DNA of 63,455 nt, counting the filler, from Octopus bimaculoides (Eukaryota), in the NCBI RefSeq assembly GCF_001194135.2. It is 6 parts of 6 records of this genome, joined end to end, with 100 filler letters (N's around TTAATTAATTAA, not from the genome) between each part and the next. Parts side by side here need not be neighbours in the genome. Positions count along the whole stretch, not along the records: positions 40,144 to 52,334 come from NC_068989.1; positions 52,435 to 55,598 come from NW_026428378.1; positions 55,699 to 60,793 come from NC_068982.1; positions 60,894 to 63,455 come from NC_068986.1; 2 more parts are not named here. One strand, given 5' to 3'. Position 1 is the first letter of the stretch, and every line of letters begins with the position of its first letter. Of this stretch, positions 51,675 to 63,378 are shown piece by piece. A program made the position numbers and the translations under genes. The notes under the pieces were generated by a model. The model ran no database searches. It had not been told where the DNA came from and worked only from the letters and a program-made list of their open reading frames with translations.

Positions 51675-52262
51675 CTCACCAACGCCTCTTATTTTTCTGT
51701 TTGTCATTAAGCTCCTTGGGAACATATCTTGCATAAATATCGCGCTTGTGGTCACACACTCTCCAAACTGTAAGCTGTATAAACGCATAACGCTCTTCCT
51801 CCAGAAAATTACGAATTTTCTCAAACAGCTCAGATCTTCTTACATCCCTGCCTCCCGCACCTCTCATCGTTTTTCATCCCCTCCCCGTCGTCTTGAATTT
51901 TGTTAGACTAATGAAAAACAGGTTCTCATCTCATACAACTTAATCTATAAGCAGTCTAGAACATCTCAAGTTTCACTAGCGTTTTTGCCCAGCTTAACAC
52001 AAAACTTTTTTGCATAGCGAGCTTGCAAATCTTCTTCATATTCCGACTGTCTTCTGTAAACTAGTCAGCAGTGCTTAGTAAATTGTGTTCCAAGTTCTTA
52101 TAGCCGTATCCTCCAGTTTGGAATAATAAAAGTTGGCAGGTGCGATTATTAGATGTATAGTTAAATGCTAAAATTACTCAAATCTATAACTGCTTCTCTT
52201 AAAAAGGTCTCAAAGCTCGTGGAATGTACTTCGTACATCTCAGGTAGAGTTATTACCAAATT
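51675..52262 (-). mobile_element. Second, 3'-truncated mariner copy, inverted relative to 44737-45328
   Basis: Reverse complement aligns over ~590 bp (roughly 90% by eye), including the TIR candidate and ~27 bp outside it. Confidence 0.93.
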
Positions 52263-52434
52263 GGATAATTCCAGACGTTGTAAGGTAAAATCATCTGAGC
52301 GTGACTACATGTTTTCTATATTAAGTATCTTTCGNNNNNNNNNNNNNNNNNNNNNNNNNNNNNNNNNNNNNNNNNNNNTTAATTAATTAANNNNNNNNNN
52401 NNNNNNNNNNNNNNNNNNNNNNNNNNNNNNNNNN

Positions 52435-52700
52435 GAAACAATTTTTACGACTCCTACCGTAAAACGGCGAAATATACATTGCAACCACGCCCCCTTAATT
52501 AATGTCCTCGAAAGAAAGACGTGCGGAGAGGATTTTCCTGTAGAGACAGAAATTTCAGGTAAGTGATTATTATTCTTTGTTTACATTCTAAAACTTTACG
52601 ATAAAATAGTTTCCCGTTGGTTTGTTTACATTCAGAAATTTACGATAAAACCTTTTCTGTCGCACAAATAGTTTCGTTTATTTACATTCTGAGACCCTAC
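52435..52700 (+). promoter_or_regulatory. Candidate promoter/first exon: GC-box, consensus splice donor, repeated forkhead-type sites
   Basis: CCACGCCCCC at 52485-52494; CAG|GTAAGT at 52556-52564; T(G/A)TTTAC at 52578, 52623 and 52679. Motif evidence only. Confidence 0.3.
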
Positions 52701-52951
52701 GATTCCCTTGTATGAAAGTTTTCATTCATTTTCCCTTATACTCCCCTCGTTTCACACTCTTTCTCAAAAATCCTTATTCTTATCCCATCTTCTCTCCTTC
52801 ACTCGTTCTCTCTTAGTTTCTTACTCTATTTCTCTCTGTTCGGTGATATATTGTTTACATTTTGTTTTCTTTCTTGAGCTATCTTCTCTCTCTTTCTCAT
52901 ACATCTCTATTCCTTTCACATCTTCTCTCTCTCACACACACTTACCTACTT

Positions 52952-52985
<34 letters not shown>

Positions 52986-53334
52986 CTATCAAAATTCCCT
53001 ATTTCGTACTCTGTACGCATTCCNNNNNNNNNNNNNNNNNNNNNNNNNNNNNNNNNNNNNNNNNNNNNNNNNNNNNNNNNNNNNNNNNNNNNNNNNNNNN
53101 NNNNNNNNNNNNNNNNNNNNNNNNNNNNNNNNNNNNNNNNNNNNNNNNNNNNNNNNNNNNNNNNNNNNNNNNNNNNNNNNNNNNNNNNNNNNNNNNNNNN
53201 NNNNNNNNNNNNNNNNNNNNNNNNNNNNNNNNNNNNNNNNNNNNNNNNNNNNNNNNTTGAGCTATCTTCTCTCTCTTTCTCATACATCTCTATTCCTTTC
53301 ACATCTTCTCTCTCTCACACACACTTACCTACTT

Positions 53335-53368
<34 letters not shown>

Positions 53369-53896
53369 CTATCAAAATTCCCTATTTCGTACTCTGTACG
53401 CATTCCCTGTTCCTGTACGTTTTCTTCTTCTTCGTATTTTCCCTCCTCTTTTCTTTCTTGCTATTAGTATTTGCACCTGATATGAGAGAGAGAGAGAGAG
53501 ATATAATGTACAGCACACCCAGATTTGATCCCTAAAAAAACAAAATCGTTTGTGCCGGTCGTTCGGCAAAAAAGCTGAACACTCACACATTGTCTTCGAT
53601 AGGAGTCATTACGAGAATCATTGATATTTTTAGAGTCTTGGGACCATGGGACAAAGAATTAGAAAACACACCTTATGTAGTATATGTAATTTATGATTGT
53701 ATTATATTGGTGTTGGGTGTTGTATATCTAAAACACACACTCATCCAACCCGAAAACACAGCAGTCGATTAACTCTACATAAACAAAAAGTATACATGAA
53801 ATAAACACCCGCAACTGAGCGTAAACGTACAGACACACACCTGAACAAGATAACTACACTTTTTGAATCTCCTACGAAAATTTAACTAGCTCACAA

Positions 53897-53983
53897 CTGG
53901 TTCAAATTAATTAGCTGACGTCTGGTTCAAATTAATTAGCTGACTTCTGGTTCAAATTAATTAGCTGACGTCTGGTTCAAATT
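53897..53983. repeat. 25-bp minisatellite CTGGTTCAAATTAATTAGCTGACGT x3.5
   Basis: Direct reading; one substitution in unit 2. Confidence 0.95.
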
Positions 53984-53989
53984 TTCTTT

Positions 53990-54352
53990 TACGAACCACA
54001 TGGTTCAGTCCCACTGCATGGCACCTTGGGCAAGTGCCTTCTACTATAGCCTTGGGCCGACCAAAGCCTTGTGAGTGGACTTGTGAGACGGAAACTGAAA
54101 GAAGCCTGTCGTATATATGTTTATATGTATGTATGTGTGTGTATATGTTTGTGTGTCTGTGTTTGTCCTCCCAACGTCGCTTGACAACCGATGCTGGTGT
54201 GTTTACGTCCCTGTAACTTAGCTGCTCGGCAAAGGAGGCCAGTAAAGTACGTACTAGTCATACAAAGAATAAGTCCTGGGGTCGATTTGCTCGACTAAAG
54301 GCAGTGCTCCAGCATGGCCGCAGTCAAATGACTGAAACAAGTAAAAGAGTAA
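53990..54352 (+). mobile_element. Family C SINE (CORE-like CCTTGGGCAAG motif), 5'-truncated
   Basis: GGTTCAGTCCCACTGCATGGCACCTTGGGCAAGTG...GACTGAAACAAGTAAAAGAG. Homologous copies lie at 57311-57703 (-) and 60210-60590 (+). Confidence 0.88.
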
Positions 54353-55169
54353 TTTAAAGAGTATAATTTTGAATTTTGAATTCTTTTAGTATTTTTTTAT
54401 CTTTACAAGTTTTTAAATAAATAATTTTTTTTTTTTTCCATCCCCCAAAAATCCTTTGGCTAATTTCACGAAGATGTTCTACACTTAAAAACATTTTGAT
54501 CTTAATGTAAAAGAGTCGATGCTGCAGGGAAAACGCATCTGCTGTGGCCAGCAAGGATTTTCTGGGAAATTCNNNNNNNNNNNNNNNNNNNNNNNNNNNN
54601 NNNNNNNNNNNNNNNNNNNNNNNNNNNNNNNNNNNNNNNNNNNNNNNNNNNNNNNNNNNNNNNNNNNNNNNNNNNNNNNNNNNNNNNNNNNNNNNNNNNN
54701 NNNNAGTTAACCTCAGAAGAATTTCAGCTCAAAACATACAAACGGATGAAATGCTGTCAAACATTTGACCTGACACGCTAACAGTTCTGCCAGCTCACCA
54801 CCACCATGATAATAATAATAATAAGAAGAAGAAGAAGAACCATAATAATGATGATGATGATGATGATGATGGTAATAATAATCTTTCCTCTCTGCAGTCT
54901 CATGTTGAAAACAAAAAAAAAAACAAAAAAACAAGTTCTTGTTTTGCAGCACCTTCGGCACCATCAGCAACCTAGATGCGTCGAAACATCAAATGTGCTC
55001 ACCCGACTTTTTCTCTCCACCGCTTCCAGTCATGTATCTATTCTCTCATGGATGGTGATGGCTACAGGCTTGTCCCTGTCACTGTGGGTGTATCTGGCAA
55101 GGAAAACAAATTAAAAGGGAATAAAATAAAACTGGCAGAGTCCATTAACAGAAGAATACACACATGCAA

Positions 55170-55590
55170 CATATATTATTTCTTTACTGCCCACAAGGGG
55201 CTAAACATAGAGGGGACAAACAAGGGATTAAGTCGATTACATCGACCCCAGTGCGTAACTGGTACTTAATNNNNNNNNNNCGATTACATCGACCCCAGTG
55301 CGTAACTGGTACTTAATTTATCGACCCCGAAAGGATGAAAGGCAAAATTGACCTCAGCGGAATTTGAACTCAGAATGTAACGACAGACGAAACTGAATAA
55401 AAAAAGAACAGGTCAGTTACAGGTGGAAAGCCTCTGGTCATAAGATCTGGATTGACCAGAACACTGACCCAGCCCCACCCAATGAGAAAAAAGTCGACTT
55501 CGGTGGAATTTGAACTCAGAACGTAGCGGCAGACGAAATACCGCTAAGCATTTCGCCCAGAGTGCTAACGGTTCTGCCAGCTCACCGCTG
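55170..55590 (-). mobile_element. Cluster of family A SINE copies
   Basis: Same motifs as 6655-7246. A 37-bp segment is duplicated either side of the 10-N gap, probably an assembly overlap. Confidence 0.88.
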
Positions 55591-55698
55591 TATGTATGNN
55601 NNNNNNNNNNNNNNNNNNNNNNNNNNNNNNNNNNNNNNNNNNTTAATTAATTAANNNNNNNNNNNNNNNNNNNNNNNNNNNNNNNNNNNNNNNNNNNN

Positions 55699-55731
<33 letters not shown>

Positions 55732-55907
55732 GCATATATATATGTATATGTATACATATATATATACACACAAACATATAGACACCCCCCCCACACACAC
55801 ACATACACACACATATATATAGTAGAACCTTGCAGTACGTGAGTACGTGTGCCCCATTGTACGAGTAATTTGCTGTACGAGCCGAGACTCGTGCGAATTG
55901 AAGTACG

Positions 55908-56250
55908 AGATTTTCCTCAGTGAGATTTTCCTTAGCTCCTCTTGTGGGATATGCTGTCTATCAATTCTTGCGCGTTGGCAAAGGGAATTATTGGTTTCTC
56001 CAATATAATTCTCCTTGCATTTGGGGCAAGCAATGCAGCATATGAAATTTTGTGTCTTGCAGTTCATATTTGCATTTACTTTGAGTAAGAATCCACTCTT
56101 AAATTTTATGTGGGTGTCCCCGTCTATATATTTGTAGTTAGTGTTGTTGTTGCATATTTCACATCTACCGTCTCCGCATTCCTTTACGGAGAATTCTGTT
56201 TCATTCTTTGATGTGAATTTAACTCTTGTTTAGCGTCCACAAGGAAACCT
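55908..56250 (-). mobile_element. Penelope-like element, GIY-YIG endonuclease fragment
   Basis: Translates to FSVKECGDGRCEIC...NMNCKTQNFICCIACPKCKENYIGETNNSLCQRARIDRQHI: CxxxxCxxC linker, CxxC and YIGET, with R...H downstream. Confidence 0.85.
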
Positions 56251-56494
56251 GTGGCATTGAGCAGTATATTTGCTATAACGACATTTCTGCTTCAGCAACT
56301 CAGCACTGAATCTGTCTGAAATGTAATGGAAAATATTGATGTTCAGGTCGCAAAAGCAAAGTTTGAAGGGAATAGTAGTCATTTCCACTGATTTCTAGAT
56401 AGAAGCAAATAGGAAATAACAGTTACTGACCAAAGACAAAAATGTTACAGTGTAATTAAATAGGAAAAATAGATGATTTCTAATTCACTATAGC

Positions 56495-58000
56495 AATGCT
56501 TATTCAGTGCATGGGGGCTCATTGTATTTTGTCGTTAGTCCGGAGTAATATCCCTTACCTTTCAAATCATATACTAACATATTATGCTATTAATCACATA
56601 TATCGTCAGTTCTGCTCCATAAGACATCTAAGTTAAAATTCTCTTTAACTCTTTGCCTTTCCAAACCATTTCCATAAATATGTCCTACACATCCACGCTT
56701 TTTTTGTATGTATGTAGATGCTTCTTTCCAGACTTTTAGTTTGCAGGTGTTGTACACGTTCTGAGTAACATATAGGTTTACTTTAATAAATCCCTAGTTA
56801 CTCAGGTGGTAGAAAAAAATCGGGATTGTGTATCATAAGTGATATGATGCATGGACGCCAGGGAAATACGTACAATGTATCACGTGATACACAGCACAGG
56901 CAAAGGAATAAACACAACCTAAACTATGTGTAGAGTTGATATCTATAGGATAAAAGAAATAAAAAATTCATTAAAAGTGCACAAATCGCTTGAAGTATTA
57001 AAGGTGGAAACAAGAATAGAAGTAGAAAGTAAAAGATGAGGAGTGCAGATTCAAAGATACGTGAAGGATTAAACTTACACTGATAATTCTTGATAGTTTG
57101 CGATAAACTTCAGACCCACTTTTCACCTCTAAGTTTCCCTCAGCCAAGACGACTCGCCAGTTTTTCAAATTGCCATAAAATGGCCTGAAATATGGGAAAA
57201 AATAGAAAAGAAGAAAATTAGAAATCAATAAAGAACAATAACAAAATAGATTGATTGCTAATGAAAATATGATGGTTTCTATGAAATGTTTCAGATGACT
57301 TCTAGGAATCTTTTGGTTTTTGCCTTTGATTTGTTCCAGTCATTGGCCAGTGGTTATGCTGAGGCACAACCTAGAAGGGTTTAGTCGAACAAATCGATCC
57401 CAGGACTTATTATTTTTTTTAAAGTGTGGTACTTATTCTATCAATTTCTTTTACCGACCCACTAAATTACAGGGGCGTAGACAAATTAACACCGGCTGTT
57501 AAGCGGTGAGATGTGTGTCAAGCACAAACACATACACACATATACGGCGGGCTTCGACACAATTTCTGTCTACCAAATCCACTCAGGAGGCATTGGGCAG
57601 CTCGGGGCTATAGTAGAAGACACTTGTTCAAGGTGTCGCGCTGTGGGACTGAACCCAAAACCACGTGGCTGCAAAGCGAGCTTCTGAATACACAGCCATG
57701 TCTACAACTATGGGATAGAGGTAAACCTATTTTTCTCTCCCCCCTATAAATTTGATTCTCTTTGATTATGTAAAAGAACCGCAAAAACCTGATGCTCAAG
57801 CAAACACATCAGCAACTCTACATCATATATTTATGAACAAGGCACGTTTTATCCCGAAAAATCTTTAATACCTTCTGGTTCATTATAAAAATGCTAATTC
57901 AGTGCATGGAGGTTCATTCTATTTTGTCGTTAGTTCGGAGTAATATCCCTTACTTTTCAAATCATATACTAACATATGTTATTAATCACATATATCGTCA
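56495..58000. repeat. ~113-bp direct repeat (56495-56608 and 57890-58000)
   Basis: AATGCT.ATTCAGTGCATGG...GGAGTAATATCCCTTAC...TTAATCACATATATCGTCA occurs twice, about 90% identical by eye. Confidence 0.9.
57311..57703 (-). mobile_element. Family C SINE
   Basis: Reverse complement of the 60210-60590 pattern (GTGGGACTGAACCC, CTATAGTAGAAGACACTTG). Confidence 0.85.
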
Positions 58001-58951
58001 AAACTATTTACAAAGCTAAGATGACGTACAAGTACTGAGTTTACTCTCTAGGTTTAAGTCCAGGAATCTGAAACAGTTATATAAAATATGAAATGCGAAG
58101 AAAACAAATGTAAATATATTCAGTACTTATTTTCGCATACACATTCACTATTCTACACCTAAAACAAAAAAGGTAAATTTCCCATTTACTAACACAGTGC
58201 AAAAGTCACAATGGTCCTTATTTCTCCCATAGAGTTTAGATATTCTCAGTTAAAATATTAATGCCCACGTCTGCTTCTCTTTTATCGCATTTATCATGTC
58301 TTACTTCTGAACAATGCCTCTTCCACCACATAACGTTTAACTTTCTGAGTTCTCATAACCCCACTTTTTGCTTTTTCCATTTAATAATCTACTAAGGATA
58401 ATAGTAAGAAATAACAATAAAAGATGTTTGTTCTTCTTACTCCTTTCACTCTCTGAAAAAAAAAAAAGAAAAAAACCCTCCACAAAAGACGAAGGAAGGA
58501 TATGCTTAGAAACGCCCTATCCGCCAACAAGTAATCGCTGTTTTCTTTTGTATAAGTGCTTACATTTGCTGTATCCGTGTGCTATTTTTGTCCTTTTGAC
58601 AATACCACGTACGCCTCTGAGATAGCTTTTGCTATACGTTATAAATGTTCAATGTCTCCGTTTTCCGCAATTATATGCTGCTATCACTCTTCGCTATCGA
58701 TGTTTCGTAGTTTTAACTTAATTAATCTACTTTTCCCCACATCTTATTTACACATTTTGTTGACGTTTCAGCGTGATCTTGTCAAAACTGCTTTTGTGGC
58801 CACCGACTTTCACATGCTTTTCTATGTTACATTCACAAATAACAAGCAAAGCAAATATGACACATCAAAGTGGTGTGAAGGACTTCTTAAGGACCACCAC
58901 CTCTATTCGGAGTCGATTTTACTGACAGCTCTGCCACTTGGACTTTTATGA

Positions 58952-59287
58952 GTGAACGATCCAAGGCCCTCTTCAGGGCCGCCAAGTTTAAATTGTTACC
59001 ATCGGATTCATCTTTGCTGGCAGCACCGCTGCTGAGATAATTCAAAGTGTACGTTAAAAGACTCTCTTCACGGACACCAACTATAAATTGTTATCACTGG
59101 ATTCGTCTTTTCTAGCAGCACCACCGGTGAAACTTTTAAGATTGAACGATTCAAGGCTCTCTTCAGGGCCAGCAAGATTAAATTGTTCCCATCAGAGTCA
59201 TATTTGCTGGCAGCACCGCCGCAGAGATATTTCATAGTGAACGTTCAAAGGCCCTCTTTAGGGCCAACACTTGTAAATTGTTACTGC
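58952..59287. repeat. 95-bp tandem repeat x3.5 with alternating (dimeric) units
   Basis: Unit starts at 58952, 59047, 59142 and 59237. Units 1/3 and 2/4 are more alike. Confidence 0.9.
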
Positions 59288-59347
59288 TATTGTCGTGTTT
59301 GATAGAAGTCTTTCGGTTCATTTGAACGGCTATTCCATTGAGAGTTA

Positions 59348-59376
59348 TACCGGGCAACATCGGGTACCTCTGCTAG
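59348..59376 (+). mobile_element. Helitron-type 3' terminus (hairpin plus CTAG)
   Basis: TACCGGG-CAACA-TCGGGTA (imperfect hairpin), then CCTCTG-CTAG. It is followed by A rather than the canonical T. Confidence 0.6.
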
Positions 59377-59477
59377 AAAAAAAATATAAATATACACATA
59401 AAATACTTACATACATGTATGTATATGTACATAATATATGTATAAATATATGCACACACACATAATATTTGATCATC

Positions 59478-59695
59478 GTGGGTTCGATTCAAAAACTGGG
59501 CGTTGCTCTGTGATCATTTCGTCATCTGATATGTGGCACACGGTGCACCTGTACAGGTAATGTCGATTTGATGGGAGGGAGCGAGCTTATGTGCGCACAA
59601 ACATTTGATCACTATAAACAAAAACTCTGTGTGGTTGTTCGCCAAGAAATTGCCGAACCCTCATACACCATCTAACGACGGGAGAGTCCATGACA
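59478..59695 (+). mobile_element. SINE-like element (family D) ending in (ATGT)n
   Basis: B-box GGGTTCGATTC. The 3' part ATTTGATC.CTA.AAA...TTCG.CAA...CGAAC is also seen at 53510-53605. Confidence 0.55.
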
Positions 59696-60209
59696 TGTAT
59701 GTATGTATGCATGTATGTATGTATGTATGTATGTATGTATGTATGTATGTATGCATGTGTGTATGTGTGTATGCATGTATGTATGTATGTATGTATGTAC
59801 GTATGTATGTATGTATGTATGTATGTATGTATAAATGCAGATTTGTATATTTTGTTTTATGTATGTATTCTCATGCACGTAATTGCCTGTTTAGACATTC
59901 TCATATATACTTAAATGATAAACTTCTGGAAAGTTTTACAGAGTTTTACAGTGCCAGTGATGGCTGCGATCTGTAGTCTTGGAATCAGCTTTCTCCTTTC
60001 TGGTTTTGAGAAGCCTAATTTCTCAAGATTGGTACTTAGGCACTGTGTTACAGTATGTATGTATGTATGTATGTATGTATGTATGTATGTATGTACGTAT
60101 GTATGTATGCATGTATGTAGTACGTACGTGTTTATGTATTTATGTATTTATGTATGTATGTACGTACGTACGTGTTTATGTATTTATGTATGTATGTATG
60201 TATGTATTA

Positions 60210-60757
60210 TAGGCGCTGGCGTGGCTTTCTGGTAAGAAGCTTGCTTCCCAACCGCATGATTCTAGGTTCAGTTCCACTGCATGGCACCTTGTGCAAGCGT
60301 CTTCTACTATAGCCCCGGGCTGACCGTGAGTGGATTTGGTAAACGGAAACTGAAAGGAGCCTGGCTTATATGCACACATGCATACGCTTAAGTGTGTCTT
60401 TGTGTGTGTGTGTGTTTCTTCCCCACCATCGCTTGACGACCGTGTTGGTTTGTTTACGTCTCCGTGAACCGAGTAGCTCAGCAAAAAGAGGCTGATAGAA
60501 TAAGTACCAGGGTTAAAAATGTATTGGGGTCGATTTGTTCGAACTAAACCCTTGAAAACAGTGCCCCAGTATGGCCGCATTCCAATGACTTAAACGAATA
60601 ATAATCCTGTCTACTTTAGACACGAGGCTTGAAATTTTGGGGGACGGTTAAGTCGATTACACCGACCCCAGTACTCAACTGGTACTTAATTTATCGACCC
60701 CGGAAGGATGAAAGGCAACGGTGACCTCGGCGAAATTTACTGAAACAAGTAAAAGTA
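60210..60757 (+). mobile_element. Full-length family C SINE with an antisense family A fragment inserted at 60591-60738
   Basis: Head GGCGCTGGCGTGGCTTTCTGGTAAGAAG. The tail ATGACTGAAACAAGTAAAAG is split as ATGACT|insert|ACTGAAACAAGTAAAAG. Confidence 0.85.
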
Positions 60758-60760
60758 ATG

Positions 60761-60793
<33 letters not shown>

Positions 60794-63378
60794 NNNNNNN
60801 NNNNNNNNNNNNNNNNNNNNNNNNNNNNNNNNNNNNNTTAATTAATTAANNNNNNNNNNNNNNNNNNNNNNNNNNNNNNNNNNNNNNNNNNNNCCCCACA
60901 CACACATCCCAACCTACGCAATAAAACCCCTGCTCCCACCTCACACCCTACCTACACATCCCCCCACATGCGCACACCCACACCACACACACTAGAACTG
61001 ACCACTTTCCAGTACCCACACCACACACCATCATCCGCACAACACGCCTTCATCCACACACCATCCACACACCTTCATCCATCCACACACACATACACAC
61101 GGACACTACCACACACGTCAAAGTCACTATCCCCCATCTACACACACGCACTTTCACATGCTCACATACACACACGCACGCGCGCCTTCGTTTTGGGATC
61201 ACCAATACTTTATCACCTCTCCTTCTTTCATCCTCTCCTATCAAAACCTTTCGTTTCTAACCAGTCACCATGCTTGACTAATAAATCCACAAGCTTTTCT
61301 ATTCTCTCTCTGTTTATTTTCTCTTATTCCTTACTGTCGAATAGCGTAGGCACGAAACGTAAAAGACTTTCTCACTTTCCCGAGCGTCAAACTAATACAC
61401 CTGCTTATTGTTCATATACCTGTCCTCGCGTTTTTTTTTTCTGTAAATTTCAGCTATATATATAGAAATGTGTTGGAACGTCACAGGTGCCAAGGTGTAC
61501 CGATCTTTGCCTTTCCCTTGGATAACACTGGTGGCGTGGCGAGGGGAGTCAGGTATGCATGGGTGACTACTGGTCTTCCATAAACACACTTACCCGGACT
61601 TGTGCCTCGGAGGGTAATTTTCTAGGTGCAATCCCAAGGTCAGTCATGACCGAAGGGGGTCTCAGCATATATATATATATATANNNNNNNNNNNNNNNNN
61701 NNNNNNNNNNNNNNNNNNNNNNNNNNNNNNNNNNNNNNNNNNNNNNNNNNNNNNNNNNNNNNNNNNNNNNNNNNNNNNNNNNNNNNNNNNNNNNNNNNNN
61801 NNNNNNNNNNNNNNNNNNNNNNNNNNNNNNNNNNNNNNNNNNNNNNNNNNNNNNNNNNNNNNNNNNNNNNNNNNNNNNNNNNNNNNNNNNNNNNNNNNNN
61901 NNNNNNNNNNNNNNNNNNNNNNNNNNNNNNNNNNNNNNNNNNNNNNNNNNNNNNNNNNNNNNNNNNNNNNNNNNNNNNNNNNNNNNNNNNNNNNNNNNNN
62001 NNNNNNNNNNNNNNNNNNNNNNNNNNNNNNNNNNNNNNNNNNNNNNNNNNNNNNNNNNNNNNNNNNNNNNNNNNNNNNNNNNNNNNNNNNNNNNNNNNNN
62101 NNNNNNNNNNNNNNNNNNNNNNNNNNNNNNNNNNNNNNNNNNNNNNNNNNNNNNNNNNNNNNNNNNNNNNNNNNNNNNNNNNNNNNNNNNNNNNNNNNNN
62201 NNNNNNNNNNNNNNNNNNNNNNNNNNNNNNNNNNNNNNNNNNNNNNNNNNNNNNNNNNNNNNNNNNNNNNNNNNNNNNNNNNNNNNNNNNNNNNNNNNNN
62301 NNNNNNNNNNNNNNNNNNNNNNNNNNNNNNNNNNNNNNNNNNNNNNNNNNNNNNNNNNNNNNNNNNNNNNNNNNNNNNNNNNNNNNNNNNNNNNNNNNNN
62401 NNNNNNNNNNNNNNNNNNNNNNNNNNNNNNNNNNNNNNNNNNNNNNNNNNNNNNNNNNNNNNNNNNNNNNNNNNNNNNNNNNNNNNNNNNNNNNNNNNNN
62501 NNNNNNNNNNNNNNNNNNNNNNNNNNNNNNNNNNNNNNNNNNNNNNNNNNNNNNNNNNNNNNNNNNNNNNNNNNNNNNNNNNNNNNNNNNNNNNNNNNNN
62601 NNNNNNNNNNNNNNNNNNNNNNNNNNNNNNNNNNATATATAGGTAAATGATAGGCTTGCCTCAATCCTTCAGGGGTAGTCTGAAGCATCCAAGCAACCAG
62701 GGGATGTTTATTATACCACCATATACATTAATATACCCACCACTCACTTCTCCTACATCCCTCGCACCACGAACTCTTAACATACTCCTCAACATTNNNN
62801 NNNNNNATATATATAAATGCACGCATCAATCTATGTATGCACACATTCTTCAGGCCGCCATGTTGAGACATGTTTTCCAACAGAGCTATATCAACGAATA
62901 CCTCGGCTCTCACGAAAAGAAACATTACAACAGTTGATAGTGTTCATTTCAACCGAGCAAAATACACACATATAAATATATGTATTCATACATACATATA
63001 CACACACATACTTGCACATTCAGATATACGTATTGTATGTATGTATATACGCACACATAGAGCATTCTTATAAATTTGTTCTCTTCTTTCTGGAAAGATG
63101 TGGAAGTAGTCACGACAATAGTAATTTCGGTGATGTTGATGGCTGTACTGCTGGTGGTGATGGTTGTCGTGGGAGATGGTAATGGTGGTTGAGCCGGTAG
63201 TACTGTTTATATTAACATTGTTACTATAAGTCAACGGTACCTATAACACATTCTACTGCCACCACCACCACCACCACCACCAAACGTAATCACCGTTGCT
63301 CAAACGAACAAAAGCCATGTGTCTTTTTTACGACTTTTATGTACAGTCGCATACACACCACACACGCACTGCTTTCCT

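Noticed and set aside
52874-53406. 150-bp exact direct repeat flanking an N-gap (52874-53023 and 53257-53406)
   Set aside because: Identical copies abutting both sides of a gap indicate overlapping contig ends, an assembly artefact.
55820-55900. Tigger/pogo-like MITE end (TAGTAGAACCT...GTACGAG)
   Set aside because: Only one end is visible, next to a gap; no partner TIR was found.
58952-59287. 95-bp repeats as a CRISPR-like array or a coding repeat
   Set aside because: Whole units are homologous (no unique spacers), and 95 is not divisible by 3, so frames break.
61485-61665. GC-richer segment that looks like a dispersed repeat tail
   Set aside because: There is no second copy in the window and no diagnostic motif, so it cannot be supported from the sequence alone.
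63080-63195. TM-like peptide VVTTIVISVMLMAVLLVVMVVVG after a pyrimidine tract
   Set aside because: Explained by degenerate GTG/ATG/GAT trinucleotide repeats.
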